Shown here piece after piece: positions 36,453-46,579 of a DNA stretch of 64,000 bases. Positions within the stretch are counted from its first letter, which is position 1. The number at the start of each line of letters is the position of its first letter. Made by a program: the position numbers and the translations under genes. The notes under the pieces are model-generated. The model was not told the origin of the DNA. It did no database searches and saw only the letters and a program-made list of their open reading frames with translations. This DNA comes from Acidimicrobiia bacterium (GTDB lineage: Bacteria > Actinomycetota > Acidimicrobiia > Spongiisociales > ZC4RG35), in NCBI GenBank assembly GCA_965215185.1, contig OZ244034.1, positions 448,001 through 512,000 on the forward strand. Reading direction: 5' to 3'.

Positions 36453-37255
36453 GAATGGGGAGCCGATGGTGGCCGCTGTTTTTCCTGGTGTGGTTGGCAT
36501 TGGGGGGATTGACGGGATGCTCTCGGCAGGAGACCAGGGTGATTGTGGTGGCGGGCACCACCCTGGTGGATGGGAAACTGTTGGCCAAGGTGGTCTCCGA
36601 TTACGAGGAACAGCGCCCTGGGGTGCAATTGAGTGTGGTGGCGGCGCCCACCGCCCGGGCGTTGGCGTTGGCCAGGGAAGGATCAGTGGATGTAACCATC
36701 ACCCATGACCCCGACCGAGAAGAAGCATTGATTGCCGAAGGCAGAGCGGAATTGGCGGTGGAGGTGTTTTCGAGCCGGTTCATTCTGGCCGGTCCCCAGA
36801 GCGCGGATCAGGCGCTTGGCGGGCTGACGGCGACCCAAGCCCTTCGGCGAATCGCCGACGAGGGGAGTCTGTTCGTCAGCCGCGCTGACGGGTCCGGCAC
36901 CTATCAAGTCGAGCGGGAGATATGGGAGCAGGCAGGGGTGAACCCCACCAACCAGGAATGGTATGTGCAGACCCGTCAGGGGATGGGGCTCACCCTGCAG
37001 GTTGCCTCGCAAAGGGAGGCCTTTGTTCTGGTAGAACTGAGTGTCTTTCTGACTGCCGAGGAAGTGATTGGATTGGTGGACGCCAGACTCGATCCGGTTG
37101 GCTTGGAGAATCCCTATCGGGCCATGGCGGTGAAGGGTTCGCCGGTCATGGAGGATGCCGTGGATTTCGTAGACTGGCTGGACTCCAAGGCCGGGCGGGA
37201 GTCGGTGAACCGAGCCAACCTGGAGTTGTATGGCACTGTGGTGTTCGTTTCCTAA
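36449..37255 (+). CDS. tupA: Tungstate-type substrate-binding lipoprotein
   Basis: Lipobox LTGC; DVTITHDP, FVSRADGSGT, E..IW..AG, WY....QGMG.TL..A, L.NPY. Confidence 0.78.
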   Translation: MRMGSRWWPLFFLVWLALGGLTGCSRQETRVIVVAGTTLVDGKLLAKVVSDYEEQRPGVQLSVVAAPTARALALAREGSVDVTITHDPDREEALIAEGRAELAVEVFSSRFILAGPQSADQALGGLTATQALRRIADEGSLFVSRADGSGTYQVEREIWEQAGVNPTNQEWYVQTRQGMGLTLQVASQREAFVLVELSVFLTAEEVIGLVDARLDPVGLENPYRAMAVKGSPVMEDAVDFVDWLDSKAGRESVNRANLELYGTVVFVS

Positions 37256-37323
37256 GCGTTATCTCACAGTTCAGGTAATCGGTCTCCAGTTTTCTCACAG
37301 AGTCGGTAGCGTTGCGGTTGTCA

Positions 37324-38796
37324 ATGGAGAGATTCACCAAAATCGTGGCCACGATGGGGCCGGGAGTGGCATCTCTGGAGAAAATCAGGCAGTTGGTGGT
37401 GGCCGGAATGGATGTGGCCCGACTCAACTTTTCCCACGGGGACCATGATCTGCACCGCCAGTTTGTGGAATGGGTTAGACAGGCCGGAGAGGACGAGAAG
37501 AAGACAGTGGCGGTGCTGCAGGACATCTCGGGCCCCAAGTTGAGGGTGGGAAAGATGGCGGGAGAGAGGATCTCTTTGGCTTCGGGCGACCGGGTCAATT
37601 TGATCCCGGGCCGGACCCCAAACGCAGACCCTCGGACCATCCCCATCAATTACTCGCGGCTGCTCGATGATGTGGGGGAGGGAGAAGTGATTGTGCTGTC
37701 CGACGGGATGATCAGGATGCGGGTCGCCGAGCGACGCTCGGATCGGCTGGTGGCGGAAGTGACTTGGGGGGGTGATCTGTCCAGCGGCAAGGGAGTGGCT
37801 TTTCCCGAGACCGTATTGAAACTTCCCAGTGTCACCGACAAGGACCGGCGTGACTTGGAGTTGGGAATCGAGTTGCAGGTGGATTACGTGGCTGCTTCCT
37901 TTGTTCGCACCGGTGAAGATGTTCGAACGATCAAGGCGTTGGCGGGTGGTGCTCCGGTGATCGCCAAAATTGAGTTGGCGGCAGCCTATCAAAACCTGGA
38001 TGAAATCCTGGCAGAGGCGGCGGGGGTGATGGTGGCCAGAGGTGATTTGGGCGTGCAACTCCCGCTGGCTCGCCTTCCCATAGTTCAGGCGGACATCTTG
38101 CGTCGCACCAACCGGGCCGGGCTGATTTCAATCACTGCCACCGAGATGCTGGAGTCGATGACTCGCTCTCCTCGTCCCACCCGGGCGGAGGTAACCGATG
38201 TGGCCACGGCGGTATCCACCGGTACCGACGCCGTGATGTTGTCGGCCGAGACGGCCGTGGGCGATTATCCCATCCGGGCCACGGAGGTGATGTCCGAGAT
38301 CTGTGTCGAAATGGAAAAAGAACTTTTGAAGGCCGAAGGGGACCCGGCGGTTGCCTATATCACAGATGGTGGCGGGACCGCGTCGGCGGTGGCGCGTTCG
38401 GCGGTGGGCGCCGCCCACAACCTTGGTGTCGACACCTTGGTGGCCTTCACCGAATCCGGTGCAACTGCTCGACTTCTCTCCAAATACCGTCCTCGGGCGA
38501 GAATCATCGCTTTCACCCCGATAACCCGGGCGCTGCGACAGGCGGCCCTTCTTTGGGGAGTAACTCCAATGTACTTCAAACGGAGAGATCACACCGACTT
38601 GATGTTCGCCGCCGCCGAGAAGATCTTGGAGAAAGAAAAGATATGCCAGCGGGGGGACCTGGTGGTGATGGTGGCGGGGGTGCCTCCCAACATGGAGGCC
38701 AGCACCAACCTCTTCAAAGTCCAATCGATCGGGGAGCGCTACCGCACTCCCTTTCTGCCTGACCGCAAGGCCCCCCGGAGCCGCAGACGCCAATGA
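37324..38796 (+). CDS. pyk: Pyruvate kinase
   Basis: TKIVATMGP, ARLNFSHG, IAKIE, MVARGDLG, AT.MLESM...PRPTRAEVTDVA, DAVMLSAETA.G.YP. Confidence 0.97.
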   Translation: MERFTKIVATMGPGVASLEKIRQLVVAGMDVARLNFSHGDHDLHRQFVEWVRQAGEDEKKTVAVLQDISGPKLRVGKMAGERISLASGDRVNLIPGRTPNADPRTIPINYSRLLDDVGEGEVIVLSDGMIRMRVAERRSDRLVAEVTWGGDLSSGKGVAFPETVLKLPSVTDKDRRDLELGIELQVDYVAASFVRTGEDVRTIKALAGGAPVIAKIELAAAYQNLDEILAEAAGVMVARGDLGVQLPLARLPIVQADILRRTNRAGLISITATEMLESMTRSPRPTRAEVTDVATAVSTGTDAVMLSAETAVGDYPIRATEVMSEICVEMEKELLKAEGDPAVAYITDGGGTASAVARSAVGAAHNLGVDTLVAFTESGATARLLSKYRPRARIIAFTPITRALRQAALLWGVTPMYFKRRDHTDLMFAAAEKILEKEKICQRGDLVVMVAGVPPNMEASTNLFKVQSIGERYRTPFLPDRKAPRSRRRQ

Positions 38797-38937
38797 AGGC
38801 GCCGCCGAATACTGGTTGCCCCAATATTCGGCGGACCTCGCGGGGGTAGCTACTCGTAAAGTCCTCGGTTGCCTGACGTGGTGGATCAAGTGGTGGATGG
38901 CCAGTTAGAATCTTCGGGCGATGAAGAAAGGGGAGAT

Positions 38938-39240
38938 TTGGGACAGCAGATAGAGGTTCTCAACACCCACTTGGTTGGTGATGTGCTGCTGATTGACACC
39001 AACCGCACCTTGGGTGGACAAGACGGGGAGGGTTATTCCGACCGGGACGCTGCTCTGTCCGGCAAGACCTTTCCTGCCCTGCTTTCTGCTCGTCTGATGG
39101 ATGTCGATCCCCAAATCAACCGGGTTTTCACCCTTTCGAACGCTCTGACGGTGCGCCGGGAGGGAGGATGGTCACCCGGACAAGTTCAGGAGATATCCGA
39201 GTCGGTTTCGAAGTTCTTTCTGTTCTACTCCTCGGACTAA
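38938..39240 (+). CDS. Hypothetical protein, weakly NifU/Nfu N-terminal-like
   Basis: SD GGGGAG then TTG; ...INRVFTLSNALTVRR..GW pattern. Confidence 0.6.
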   Translation: MGQQIEVLNTHLVGDVLLIDTNRTLGGQDGEGYSDRDAALSGKTFPALLSARLMDVDPQINRVFTLSNALTVRREGGWSPGQVQEISESVSKFFLFYSSD

Positions 39241-39249
39241 TCAACTGAG

Positions 39250-39838
39250 GTGGCCTCTGCAAAGACACAGGCCGGGGACTACCAAACAGGTCTACCTCTC
39301 CGAACGGGGATCCTGGCGAGGTTGACTGGAGAAAAACCATGCCACCAGCCGAGGCATCTGGTTGGTTTTCTATAAGAAGGCCGCACGGAAGCCGAGTCTG
39401 GAATACGAAGAGTCAGTTGAGGAGGCGCTCTGTTTCGGTTGGGTGGATAGCCGGACCCGGCGCTTGGACGACGAGAGGTACATGTTGATGTTCACGCCCC
39501 GTCGGCCCACGAGCCCATGGTCCCGTCCCAACAAGGAGCGGGTCAAAAGGCTGGTGGCAAGCGGGAAAATGGCGTCGGCGGGGATGGTCAAGATCGACGA
39601 GGCTAAGAGAAATGGCGCTTGGATTGTCTACGACCCTATTGAGGATCTGGTGGTTCCTGATGATTTGGCGGCCGCCCTGGCGAAGGAGCCATCGGCTCGA
39701 GAGAATTTCGAGAATCTGCGTATCTCGGCGCAGAAGAACGCACTGTGGTGGATTGCCTGTGCCCGCCGACCCCAGACCCGGGCCCAGCGGGTGGCCAAGA
39801 CAGCCGCGGCCGCAGCCCAGAACAAGAGTCCTCTGTAG
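39250..39838 (+). pseudogene. YdeI/OmpD-associated family protein with a damaged 5' end
   Basis: WRG*LEKNHA...GIWLVFYKK...VEEALCFGWVDS...FTPRRP.S.WS..NK.RV. TGA at 39323 replaces a conserved Trp, and the likely GTG start (39250) is out of frame. Confidence 0.75.
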
Positions 39839-39981
39839 ATAGGCGTCCTAGCCAACGCCTCTTGACGCCACTCATAGCGCTTCGGTCGCATTGGTGATTC
39901 CCACGGCCGGGGGTTGTTCAGGCCCCGCCCCGCCATCATCGCGTCCTGTTCCTGCCGATCCCGGCCTGAGGTCAGGGTGTT

Positions 39982-42111
39982 TTACTCTCCGGCATCGTCC
40001 GTGGAGGACGGCTGTTCCTCTTGGTCGGTCTGGGTCGGCTCTTCTTCTTCGATGGGTTGCTGTTCTTCTCCGTCGGCGGGGGGTGGGTCGCCTTCTTCTT
40101 CGATGGGTTCCTGTCCAAGATCTTCAGGGGCGAGTTCCGGGAACTGTTCGTACAATCCCTCGGGAAGCTCGGTGGATTCCTCTTCCTCTGGTGAGGGACA
40201 CACGACTTGGCCTTCGCCCGCGGGGGCTGCTCCATCTCCCGTATTCGGCTCCTCCGACACCGGCACCGCTCCGGACTCGGTCAACAGCGACATCACGCAG
40301 GGATGAACTTCTATGATCTCCTGCCTTGGTATATAGCGCACATTCCGGACTTGGTCGGTGATTTCCTCCCCCTGTTGGATGGTGCGGGTAACTACCACTG
40401 TCCAGCCTTCCTTGGCGGTTTGGATTTGCTCAACTTCCCCAACGGCCAACTCCGGATTGGGGCGATACAAAGTCTCGGGTGGCGCTATTTGATTGATTCG
40501 GTTGGATACGTTGGCTGTCACCACCCGGGCCAGAGGACCCCCTTCGGACACGACCTCCAGACGGTCCCTCCCATCCTTCCAGCTTCCAACCAATTTCCGC
40601 CCGTCGTTATTGCTGAAGAACTTCACCGTGATGGAGGTTCCTGTGTACTCGGTTCGGATCAACAAATGACTGGAGGTGTCATTGCGAAAGATCAAGTCCA
40701 CCTCCGGCCAGTTGATAGTGGCTTCTATTCCTTCCGGATAGCGAGAGAAGTAGAAACTATGGGTCTTGCGTCTGACTGTCTCGTAACCGCCCCAGAACAC
40801 CGCGTTGAAGAAAGTGGTGGCGAACTGACTCACGCCCCCTCCCACCGTGTCCACCAGTTCACCCCTTACCAGGGTGCCTGCTTCCACGAAGCCATCCTCG
40901 AAAGTTCGCCGGCCAACGTAGGTGTTGAGGCTGAACGTTTCGCCTGGTAGCACGAGCGCATCGTGTATTTTGTCGGCGAATAGCTGGATGTTGGATACCC
41001 GGGCGGCACAGCAGGGGTGGTAGGTGGTGTATTCGGATACCAAGTGGTGGATTCCCAGCATTTCGATGTCGGCGGTGTTTGTCTGAGGTTGGACTCCTTC
41101 CATAATGGGAAGGGTCCCCTCACGGATGTCCCCGGCGGTGAGTTGTTCCAACAAATCACCGATCTTGGTCACGTCTATGACGGTGCCGGGCATCGAGGGG
41201 TGGATAATGACTTGGTCGTCTTCGTCTATCTCGTAATAGGCATCGACCGGGGGGTTCCCTACTTGGTCGCTTATTTGGGCCACCTTGCGGGTAATCAGCC
41301 TTGGGTCGATGCTCAAAGCGATAGGGGGAGAGGCGCTTGGATCGAAGTCGAGAACGGTGGCATCGCCTATCTCCTGGGCGGTGAATATCAACTCCGCCTC
41401 TCCTTCTGGGTCTTTCAACACCACCGGGGCGGATACCCATAGTTGTACCTTGGTCAAGGCGTTCTCAACCAGGCCGAGTTCAGTCTCGGGCATCACGAGC
41501 ACCGTATTCAGCCGCACCGTTCCACCGCCACCGACGGCGGCCGCGGTGATCTTGCTGGCCGCCTCTGAGCTGTCCAACAGCCATCCTGGTGACGGGTAGG
41601 TGACGGCGGGTCGCCCGTTCACCAACTCCAAGTTCCCTTCTATGGGCGCCACTCCATATTGCTGGTCCAATTGACGGATCAGATCCTGCACCAAGTTCTG
41701 GTTGATGGACGATTGGGGGTGTAGCTCCACGGGTACGGGATCGTCAATGAGGTTTCTCAGCCACCGTCTCCATCTGGAGACCACGCCGCCGGCTCTTTCC
41801 TGTTGCAGAGCCCGGTCGAGCAGTTCTTGGGTATTGATCCGGTATCCGAACTCGGCGGCGCTGAACGTCGTAGATTGGTCGTCGACGAAGATTTTGATCA
41901 ATGCCGCGGCCTGCTCCGATTCCAATCCGTTGAGGACCGCCTCGGCATCTTCCCTTTCCAAGCCGCTCACGCTCACCCCCGAGACAGTGACCGACCCGAG
42001 GATGGTTTGGCTATTTGCTCTACTCCATAACACGAAGATGATCAGGGCGATGATGATTAACGCCGCCCCGCCGGCAACAGCGATTAGTAACGAACGAGCC
42101 GCTCTGGACAT
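39982..42111 (-). CDS. VanW family protein with peptidoglycan-binding repeats and an acidic tail
   Basis: R..NI...A..I....V.PGETFSLN..VG.RT...GF, GGGVSQFATTFFNA, HSFYFSRYPEGIEATI; N-terminal TM. Confidence 0.9.
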   Translation of the reverse strand: MSRAARSLLIAVAGGAALIIIALIIFVLWSRANSQTILGSVTVSGVSVSGLEREDAEAVLNGLESEQAAALIKIFVDDQSTTFSAAEFGYRINTQELLDRALQQERAGGVVSRWRRWLRNLIDDPVPVELHPQSSINQNLVQDLIRQLDQQYGVAPIEGNLELVNGRPAVTYPSPGWLLDSSEAASKITAAAVGGGGTVRLNTVLVMPETELGLVENALTKVQLWVSAPVVLKDPEGEAELIFTAQEIGDATVLDFDPSASPPIALSIDPRLITRKVAQISDQVGNPPVDAYYEIDEDDQVIIHPSMPGTVIDVTKIGDLLEQLTAGDIREGTLPIMEGVQPQTNTADIEMLGIHHLVSEYTTYHPCCAARVSNIQLFADKIHDALVLPGETFSLNTYVGRRTFEDGFVEAGTLVRGELVDTVGGGVSQFATTFFNAVFWGGYETVRRKTHSFYFSRYPEGIEATINWPEVDLIFRNDTSSHLLIRTEYTGTSITVKFFSNNDGRKLVGSWKDGRDRLEVVSEGGPLARVVTANVSNRINQIAPPETLYRPNPELAVGEVEQIQTAKEGWTVVVTRTIQQGEEITDQVRNVRYIPRQEIIEVHPCVMSLLTESGAVPVSEEPNTGDGAAPAGEGQVVCPSPEEEESTELPEGLYEQFPELAPEDLGQEPIEEEGDPPPADGEEQQPIEEEEPTQTDQEEQPSSTDDAGE

Positions 42112-42210
42112 GGCGAAGGGAGCAAGAAAGAGATAACTCGGTTAAAGTGTAGGGAGCAAACGAGATGTCTAAGTGTCCAATTAAAGAGACCAGAACAGGA
42201 AGTCCAGACC

Positions 42211-42753
42211 ATGTGGGAAGCAATCACCGACTGGAGTTTTATCGAGGAGACATGGGGGACCGTGCTCACCGTCGCAGGTCTTTGGATTGCCTACCTAAGC
42301 GCAAAGCGGATAGGGAAGCGGGTCGTTTCGGAGATGGCCGAACGCGGACCGGAGCATGGCGCCCGGGCCGGGACATTGTGGTCGCTGGTACGTCGGATCC
42401 TGCTAATCACGATCGTGGTCACGGGGGGACTGATGATCATCTCCGTGTGGGGATTGCCTCTGGCGCCTTTCCTGGCGGTTGGGTCGGCGGCCGGTGTGGC
42501 AATTGGCTTGGGAGCCAAGGGATTGGTTCAGGATGTCATCGCGGGTTTCTTCATCTTGGCTGAAGACCAGTACCGCATCGGGGATCAGATCAAAAGTGGG
42601 GCGGCCAGTGGGGAGGTGATCGACATCCGTCCCCGGGTGACCATTCTCCGTGACGAAGCTGGCATCACCTATTACGTTCCCAACGGATCTTTGGGTGGAT
42701 CGGTCTCCATGGTGTTTCCATCGCAACCCCCATCGGAGGGGGCGGGTACATAG
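42211..42753 (+). CDS. Small-conductance mechanosensitive channel (MscS family, short form)
   Basis: GVAIGLGAKGLVQDVIAGFFILAEDQYRIGD.I...GEV.DI..R.T.LR...G..YYVPNG. Confidence 0.85.
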   Translation: MWEAITDWSFIEETWGTVLTVAGLWIAYLSAKRIGKRVVSEMAERGPEHGARAGTLWSLVRRILLITIVVTGGLMIISVWGLPLAPFLAVGSAAGVAIGLGAKGLVQDVIAGFFILAEDQYRIGDQIKSGAASGEVIDIRPRVTILRDEAGITYYVPNGSLGGSVSMVFPSQPPSEGAGT

Positions 42754-43985
42754 GTCACCCCGGGATTGATACCCCGCAGAACGTATAGGGCAATCGCGGC
42801 AACCACCATCAGGCTGACCATGGCGACATGGCGGCTCCAGCCCACAACATCGACTATGAAACCCCACAGGAGTGGACCGAGGACAGCGGCGAAGCGGCCG
42901 ACCGTGGCGTACAAACCATAAAATTCGCCCAGCCGGTGGGGTGGAGCGAGGCCGGTCATTAGCACTCGATCGGTTGCCCACAGACCTCCCAGAGCCACGC
43001 CTCCCGAAAGTCCGGCCACCCAGATCAACACTGTTGCCCCTGACACTCCAGCCGTAACGCCCAAGGCTATGGTGACTATCCACAGTTTCATGATCAGCCG
43101 TACCCCGCGCCCGGGCCCGATACGACCCGCCAGCCAGCCACCCAGGAAACCTCCTGCTATGGAGGCGGCTATGGCGGCGCCCAGCAGAGCTGTCACCTCG
43201 GACGTGGACAGACCGACCTCCTCGGTGGCGTAGATGGCCAGAAACCCCCCAATCAGGGTGTTGACGGTCTCGGTGTAGCAAAACCTGCCCACCAAAAATC
43301 TGGTCAGTTGAGGATATTCTCTGGTCGCCTTCCAGGATTTGAACAGGTCGCCGACAATTCTCCGCAAGGGGGGAGGTTCACCCACCGCCTGGGGTCGGGG
43401 TGCGGGGCGGATCAGGAAGAAAGCCGGGAGAGAAAATACTGCGAAACCAACTGCCAGAGACCGGAACACTGCTGCATAATCTCCTCCCGAACCCAAGACC
43501 AGCGTGCCGATGCCCAGTCCTATGAAGGAGCCCACGTAGCCGATCGCCACCCCCATTCCCGAGACTCGGCTTCGGGTTTGGGGAGTGCTCACGTCCAATA
43601 GCAGGGCGTCGTAGACGGCCGATCCCACGTGGAATCCGATCAATGCCGCGGCAAAGATAAACATGGTGAGGAGGATGGGCCCCACGGCCAGAAAAGCGCT
43701 GCCGCAAACGGCTATCCCGGTGGTGAACGCCAGAGCGCGGATACGGTTTCCCTGATGGTCGGTGCGTGCTCCCACCCATGGGGCCAGGAAAGCCACGGTT
43801 AGGCCAGCGCCGGCGGTTGCCAGGGACAAGGCCGAGTCCGGGAGGTTGTTTTCCAAGATCCACTGGGGCAGGTAGAGCCCGATTACCCCCAGAGAGAAGA
43901 TGGTGTTAGCCAGGTCGTAACCAACCCAGGCCCAGACCGACGAACGGGAGGGCTGCCAATCGGGCGAAGAGGTTACCCCAGTCAC
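42672..43985 (-). CDS. MFS transporter (UMF1/Atg22-like)
   Basis: WAW..YDLANT.FS, YDALL, RVSG.G.A.GY.G, GEFYGLY...GRF.AVLGP; about 12 TM. Confidence 0.85.
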   Translation of the reverse strand: MTGVTSSPDWQPSRSSVWAWVGYDLANTIFSLGVIGLYLPQWILENNLPDSALSLATAGAGLTVAFLAPWVGARTDHQGNRIRALAFTTGIAVCGSAFLAVGPILLTMFIFAAALIGFHVGSAVYDALLLDVSTPQTRSRVSGMGVAIGYVGSFIGLGIGTLVLGSGGDYAAVFRSLAVGFAVFSLPAFFLIRPAPRPQAVGEPPPLRRIVGDLFKSWKATREYPQLTRFLVGRFCYTETVNTLIGGFLAIYATEEVGLSTSEVTALLGAAIAASIAGGFLGGWLAGRIGPGRGVRLIMKLWIVTIALGVTAGVSGATVLIWVAGLSGGVALGGLWATDRVLMTGLAPPHRLGEFYGLYATVGRFAAVLGPLLWGFIVDVVGWSRHVAMVSLMVVAAIALYVLRGINPGVTYVPAPSDGGCDGNTMETDPPKDPLGT

Positions 43986-44007
43986 CGCCTGTTCCCGGTT
44001 TGGTCTG

Positions 44008-45072
44008 TCAACAGCTGATTGCCACCGAGATCAGTTCCTCGTGCCCCAACTTGCCGGAGGTGGCTGCCAGAGCCAAGTGAGATTCGTCCAGCGGGAACTG
44101 ATGACTGATCAGGGTGTCAAGGCGAGGGTCGGTCTCCAGTTGCTGAACCCCCCACCGGAATCCTTCCTTGGAAGGTCCCAGCACCCCCACCACTTTGAGC
44201 TGCTTGGTAACGATCACATCAGAATAGAGCGAAGAGATGGGTCGCCCGCCTTTGGTGGAGGCCAATATCACCCGTCCTCCCGGTCTTACTATTTCCAGAG
44301 CTGTGTAGATAGCTTCGGGGTCGTTGGAGGTTACATCCACCACCAGATCGGGCCGGGTCCCGAGGCTGTTTGCCACCGCGTCTTGCAGGTCGTTGGCGGT
44401 GACGTCCACTGCAAGATCGGTGCCCAGAATACGGGCCATCTGCAGGCGGTCGGAGTCCACATCAAGTCCACTGATTCCCACCCATCCGGCTCCGGCGCTC
44501 CTGGCAGCCAGGAGACAGGCCAAGCCGCGGGGTCCGGGGCCGAGGATCAGCACGTTCTCTCCTGCTTGCAGCCGCGGGACATGCACCGCCCAGGTCCAGC
44601 CGTCAGCCAGGGCGTGGGCGATGGTGGCGGTCACCGCCGGGATGTCGTCGCTGATCTGATGAAGTCGTGCGTCGGGATCGATGTAGAGAGTCTCGGCCAT
44701 CCCTCCCCACAACCCAGGATGCTGGGTGGAGGGAATCAAGCCGTAGGAATTGACCGGATGGCGACGGGAGCAGAAGGACAACCCGGCCAGACAGGATGAG
44801 CAGCGGCGGCATCGGATTATCGGCTCCACCAGCACCCGGGAGCCGATTGGATAGGGCAGATCTCCGTTGATAGAGTCGGCAATTCTTCCCACTATCTGGC
44901 GGCCCAGAATGACCGGATAGTTCAGTTGAGAGATCTCCCCTGCCCAAGCCTGAGCGTCTATTCCAGAAAGGCTGGTGGCCTCCACTGCCAGCCATCCGCC
45001 TTCTTGGACCGGGCGCCTCGGCAGGGTTCTCGGGCGCAGGGTGTGGGGTTCAACCAGTATCTGGGCTTTGAC
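44008..45072 (-). CDS. Zinc-binding medium-chain dehydrogenase homolog with degenerate catalytic-zinc ligands
   Basis: Structural CRRCSSC-x6-C and GPGPRG motifs present; CGxD is SGID and GHE is GRQ. Homology begins at GTC-AAA-GCC (45072) after SD AGAGGA; the true start is uncertain. Confidence 0.75.
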   Translation of the reverse strand, partial: VKAQILVEPHTLRPRTLPRRPVQEGGWLAVEATSLSGIDAQAWAGEISQLNYPVILGRQIVGRIADSINGDLPYPIGSRVLVEPIIRCRRCSSCLAGLSFCSRRHPVNSYGLIPSTQHPGLWGGMAETLYIDPDARLHQISDDIPAVTATIAHALADGWTWAVHVPRLQAGENVLILGPGPRGLACLLAARSAGAGWVGISGLDVDSDRLQMARILGTDLAVDVTANDLQDAVANSLGTRPDLVVDVTSNDPEAIYTALEIVRPGGRVILASTKGGRPISSLYSDVIVTKQLKVVGVLGPSKEGFRWGVQQLETDPRLDTLISHQFPLDESHLALAATSGKLGHEELISVAISC

Positions 45073-45387
45073 GCCGATTCCTCTTATGGCTGACCCTCTC
45101 GCTGCTAGGCAAGAGCGTACATTTACGGCGGTATCTGCTGAAATCCCCCCGAGGCTGGTGGAAGAGAACAGTTGGTAAAGAGCAGCTACGGGCCATGGGC
45201 GTGGGGGTGGAGACCGCATCTCCAAGAGCTCATACCTGTTGCGCTCTATGCACGCCATCCAGGGTTCGCGAAATAGACAGACCGCCCTGGGTTTCCACCG
45301 ACTGCTGCCCAAGCTGTCAGCGGCGATCGGTCAGGATGCGTCGGAATCCGGGTCGACGGAGGCCAGAGATTGAGAGCCGGGCGGCTC

Positions 45388-46569
45388 CTAACTCAAGAAT
45401 TCAGCGAGGCGTTGAGTTCCCTTGGCTAAGTCGTGGTCGGAAAGGGCATAGGAAAAACGGACGAAACCCGGAGAGCCGAATGCCTCCCCGGGCACTACCG
45501 CCACTTTGATCTCCTCCAGGATGACCTCGGCCAGTTCTATGGTGTTGTTCACCGCGCGGCCCGCCAGGCTGCGCCCCAAAAGGCCCGAACAGTCGGGAAA
45601 GGCGTAGAAGGCGCCCTGTGGAACGATGCACTCCATCCCGGGGATGTTTGACAACACCTCATACATCGCGCGCCGCCGCCGGTCGAAGGCCGCTTTCATC
45701 TTGGTTACCGGTTCTTGGGGTCCGGTGAGAGCGGCCACGGCTGCCCGTTGGGCGACGTTGCAGACGTTGGAGGTCGAGTGGGACTGCAATCCGCTGGCGG
45801 CTTTGATGACATCGGGGGGTCCCACCATCCAGCCCACCCGCCAACCGGGCATGGCGTAGGCCTTGGCGACTCCGTTCACAATCACCCATCGATCCTCCAT
45901 CGAGGCGGCGATGGAGGCAAAGCGGGCCCCGTCATAGACGAAGTGTTCGTAAATTTCATCGGTTAGTACCCATATGCCCCGTTCTGACGCCCAAGCGGCC
46001 AACTCTTCGACTTTCTCGGGGCTGTACACCGCGCCGGTGGGATTGGACGGGGAGACGAAAATCAGCATTTTGGTGCGTTCGGTAATCACCTGTTCGAGTT
46101 GCTCCACGGTTATCTGGAAGCCGGTGCTCTGGTCAGCCAGCACCGGTACCGGTACGCCCCCCGCCAAGCGGATGGTCCACGGATAGGAGACCCAATAGGG
46201 TGCAGGCACGATCACCTCGTCACCAGGATCCAACAAGGCGGCGCAAGCCGCGTAAACCGCGTATTTGCCACCGTTGGTTACCAGCACCTGTGAGGGGGAG
46301 ACCTCGACATTCGAGTTGGTCGTCGTAGCGACCGCCACCGCCTCTCGCAACTCGCTCAGTCCAGCAGTGGGGGTATAGCGATGGTTCTGAGGATCCCCGC
46401 AGGCGGCAACCGCGGCGGCCACGATGTGATCGGGGGTGGGAAAGTCTGGCTCCCCTGGCCCAAAACTGATTACATCGTGTCCCGCTGCCGCCATCTGCTT
46501 TGCCTTGGCGGAGACAGCTATGGTTGCCGAAGGGGCGATGCTTCCAATCCGATTTGAGATGCGATTCAT
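45388..46569 (-). CDS. aspC: Aspartate aminotransferase-like class I PLP enzyme
   Basis: GEPDF.TP, NGGK, SPSNPTG, TDEIYEH, NGVAKAYAMPGWRVG, VAVVPGEAFG..G.VRFSYA. Confidence 0.85.
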   Translation of the reverse strand: MNRISNRIGSIAPSATIAVSAKAKQMAAAGHDVISFGPGEPDFPTPDHIVAAAVAACGDPQNHRYTPTAGLSELREAVAVATTTNSNVEVSPSQVLVTNGGKYAVYAACAALLDPGDEVIVPAPYWVSYPWTIRLAGGVPVPVLADQSTGFQITVEQLEQVITERTKMLIFVSPSNPTGAVYSPEKVEELAAWASERGIWVLTDEIYEHFVYDGARFASIAASMEDRWVIVNGVAKAYAMPGWRVGWMVGPPDVIKAASGLQSHSTSNVCNVAQRAAVAALTGPQEPVTKMKAAFDRRRRAMYEVLSNIPGMECIVPQGAFYAFPDCSGLLGRSLAGRAVNNTIELAEVILEEIKVAVVPGEAFGSPGFVRFSYALSDHDLAKGTQRLAEFLS

Positions 46570-46579
46570 AGCGGAGAGC

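Noticed and set aside
39323-39325. In-frame TGA at a conserved Trp in the YdeI-like gene as evidence of UGA recoding (Trp or Sec)
   Set aside because: Many intact genes here end in TGA, the position is Trp rather than Cys, and the same gene has a second lesion (out-of-frame start). Simple pseudogenisation fits better.
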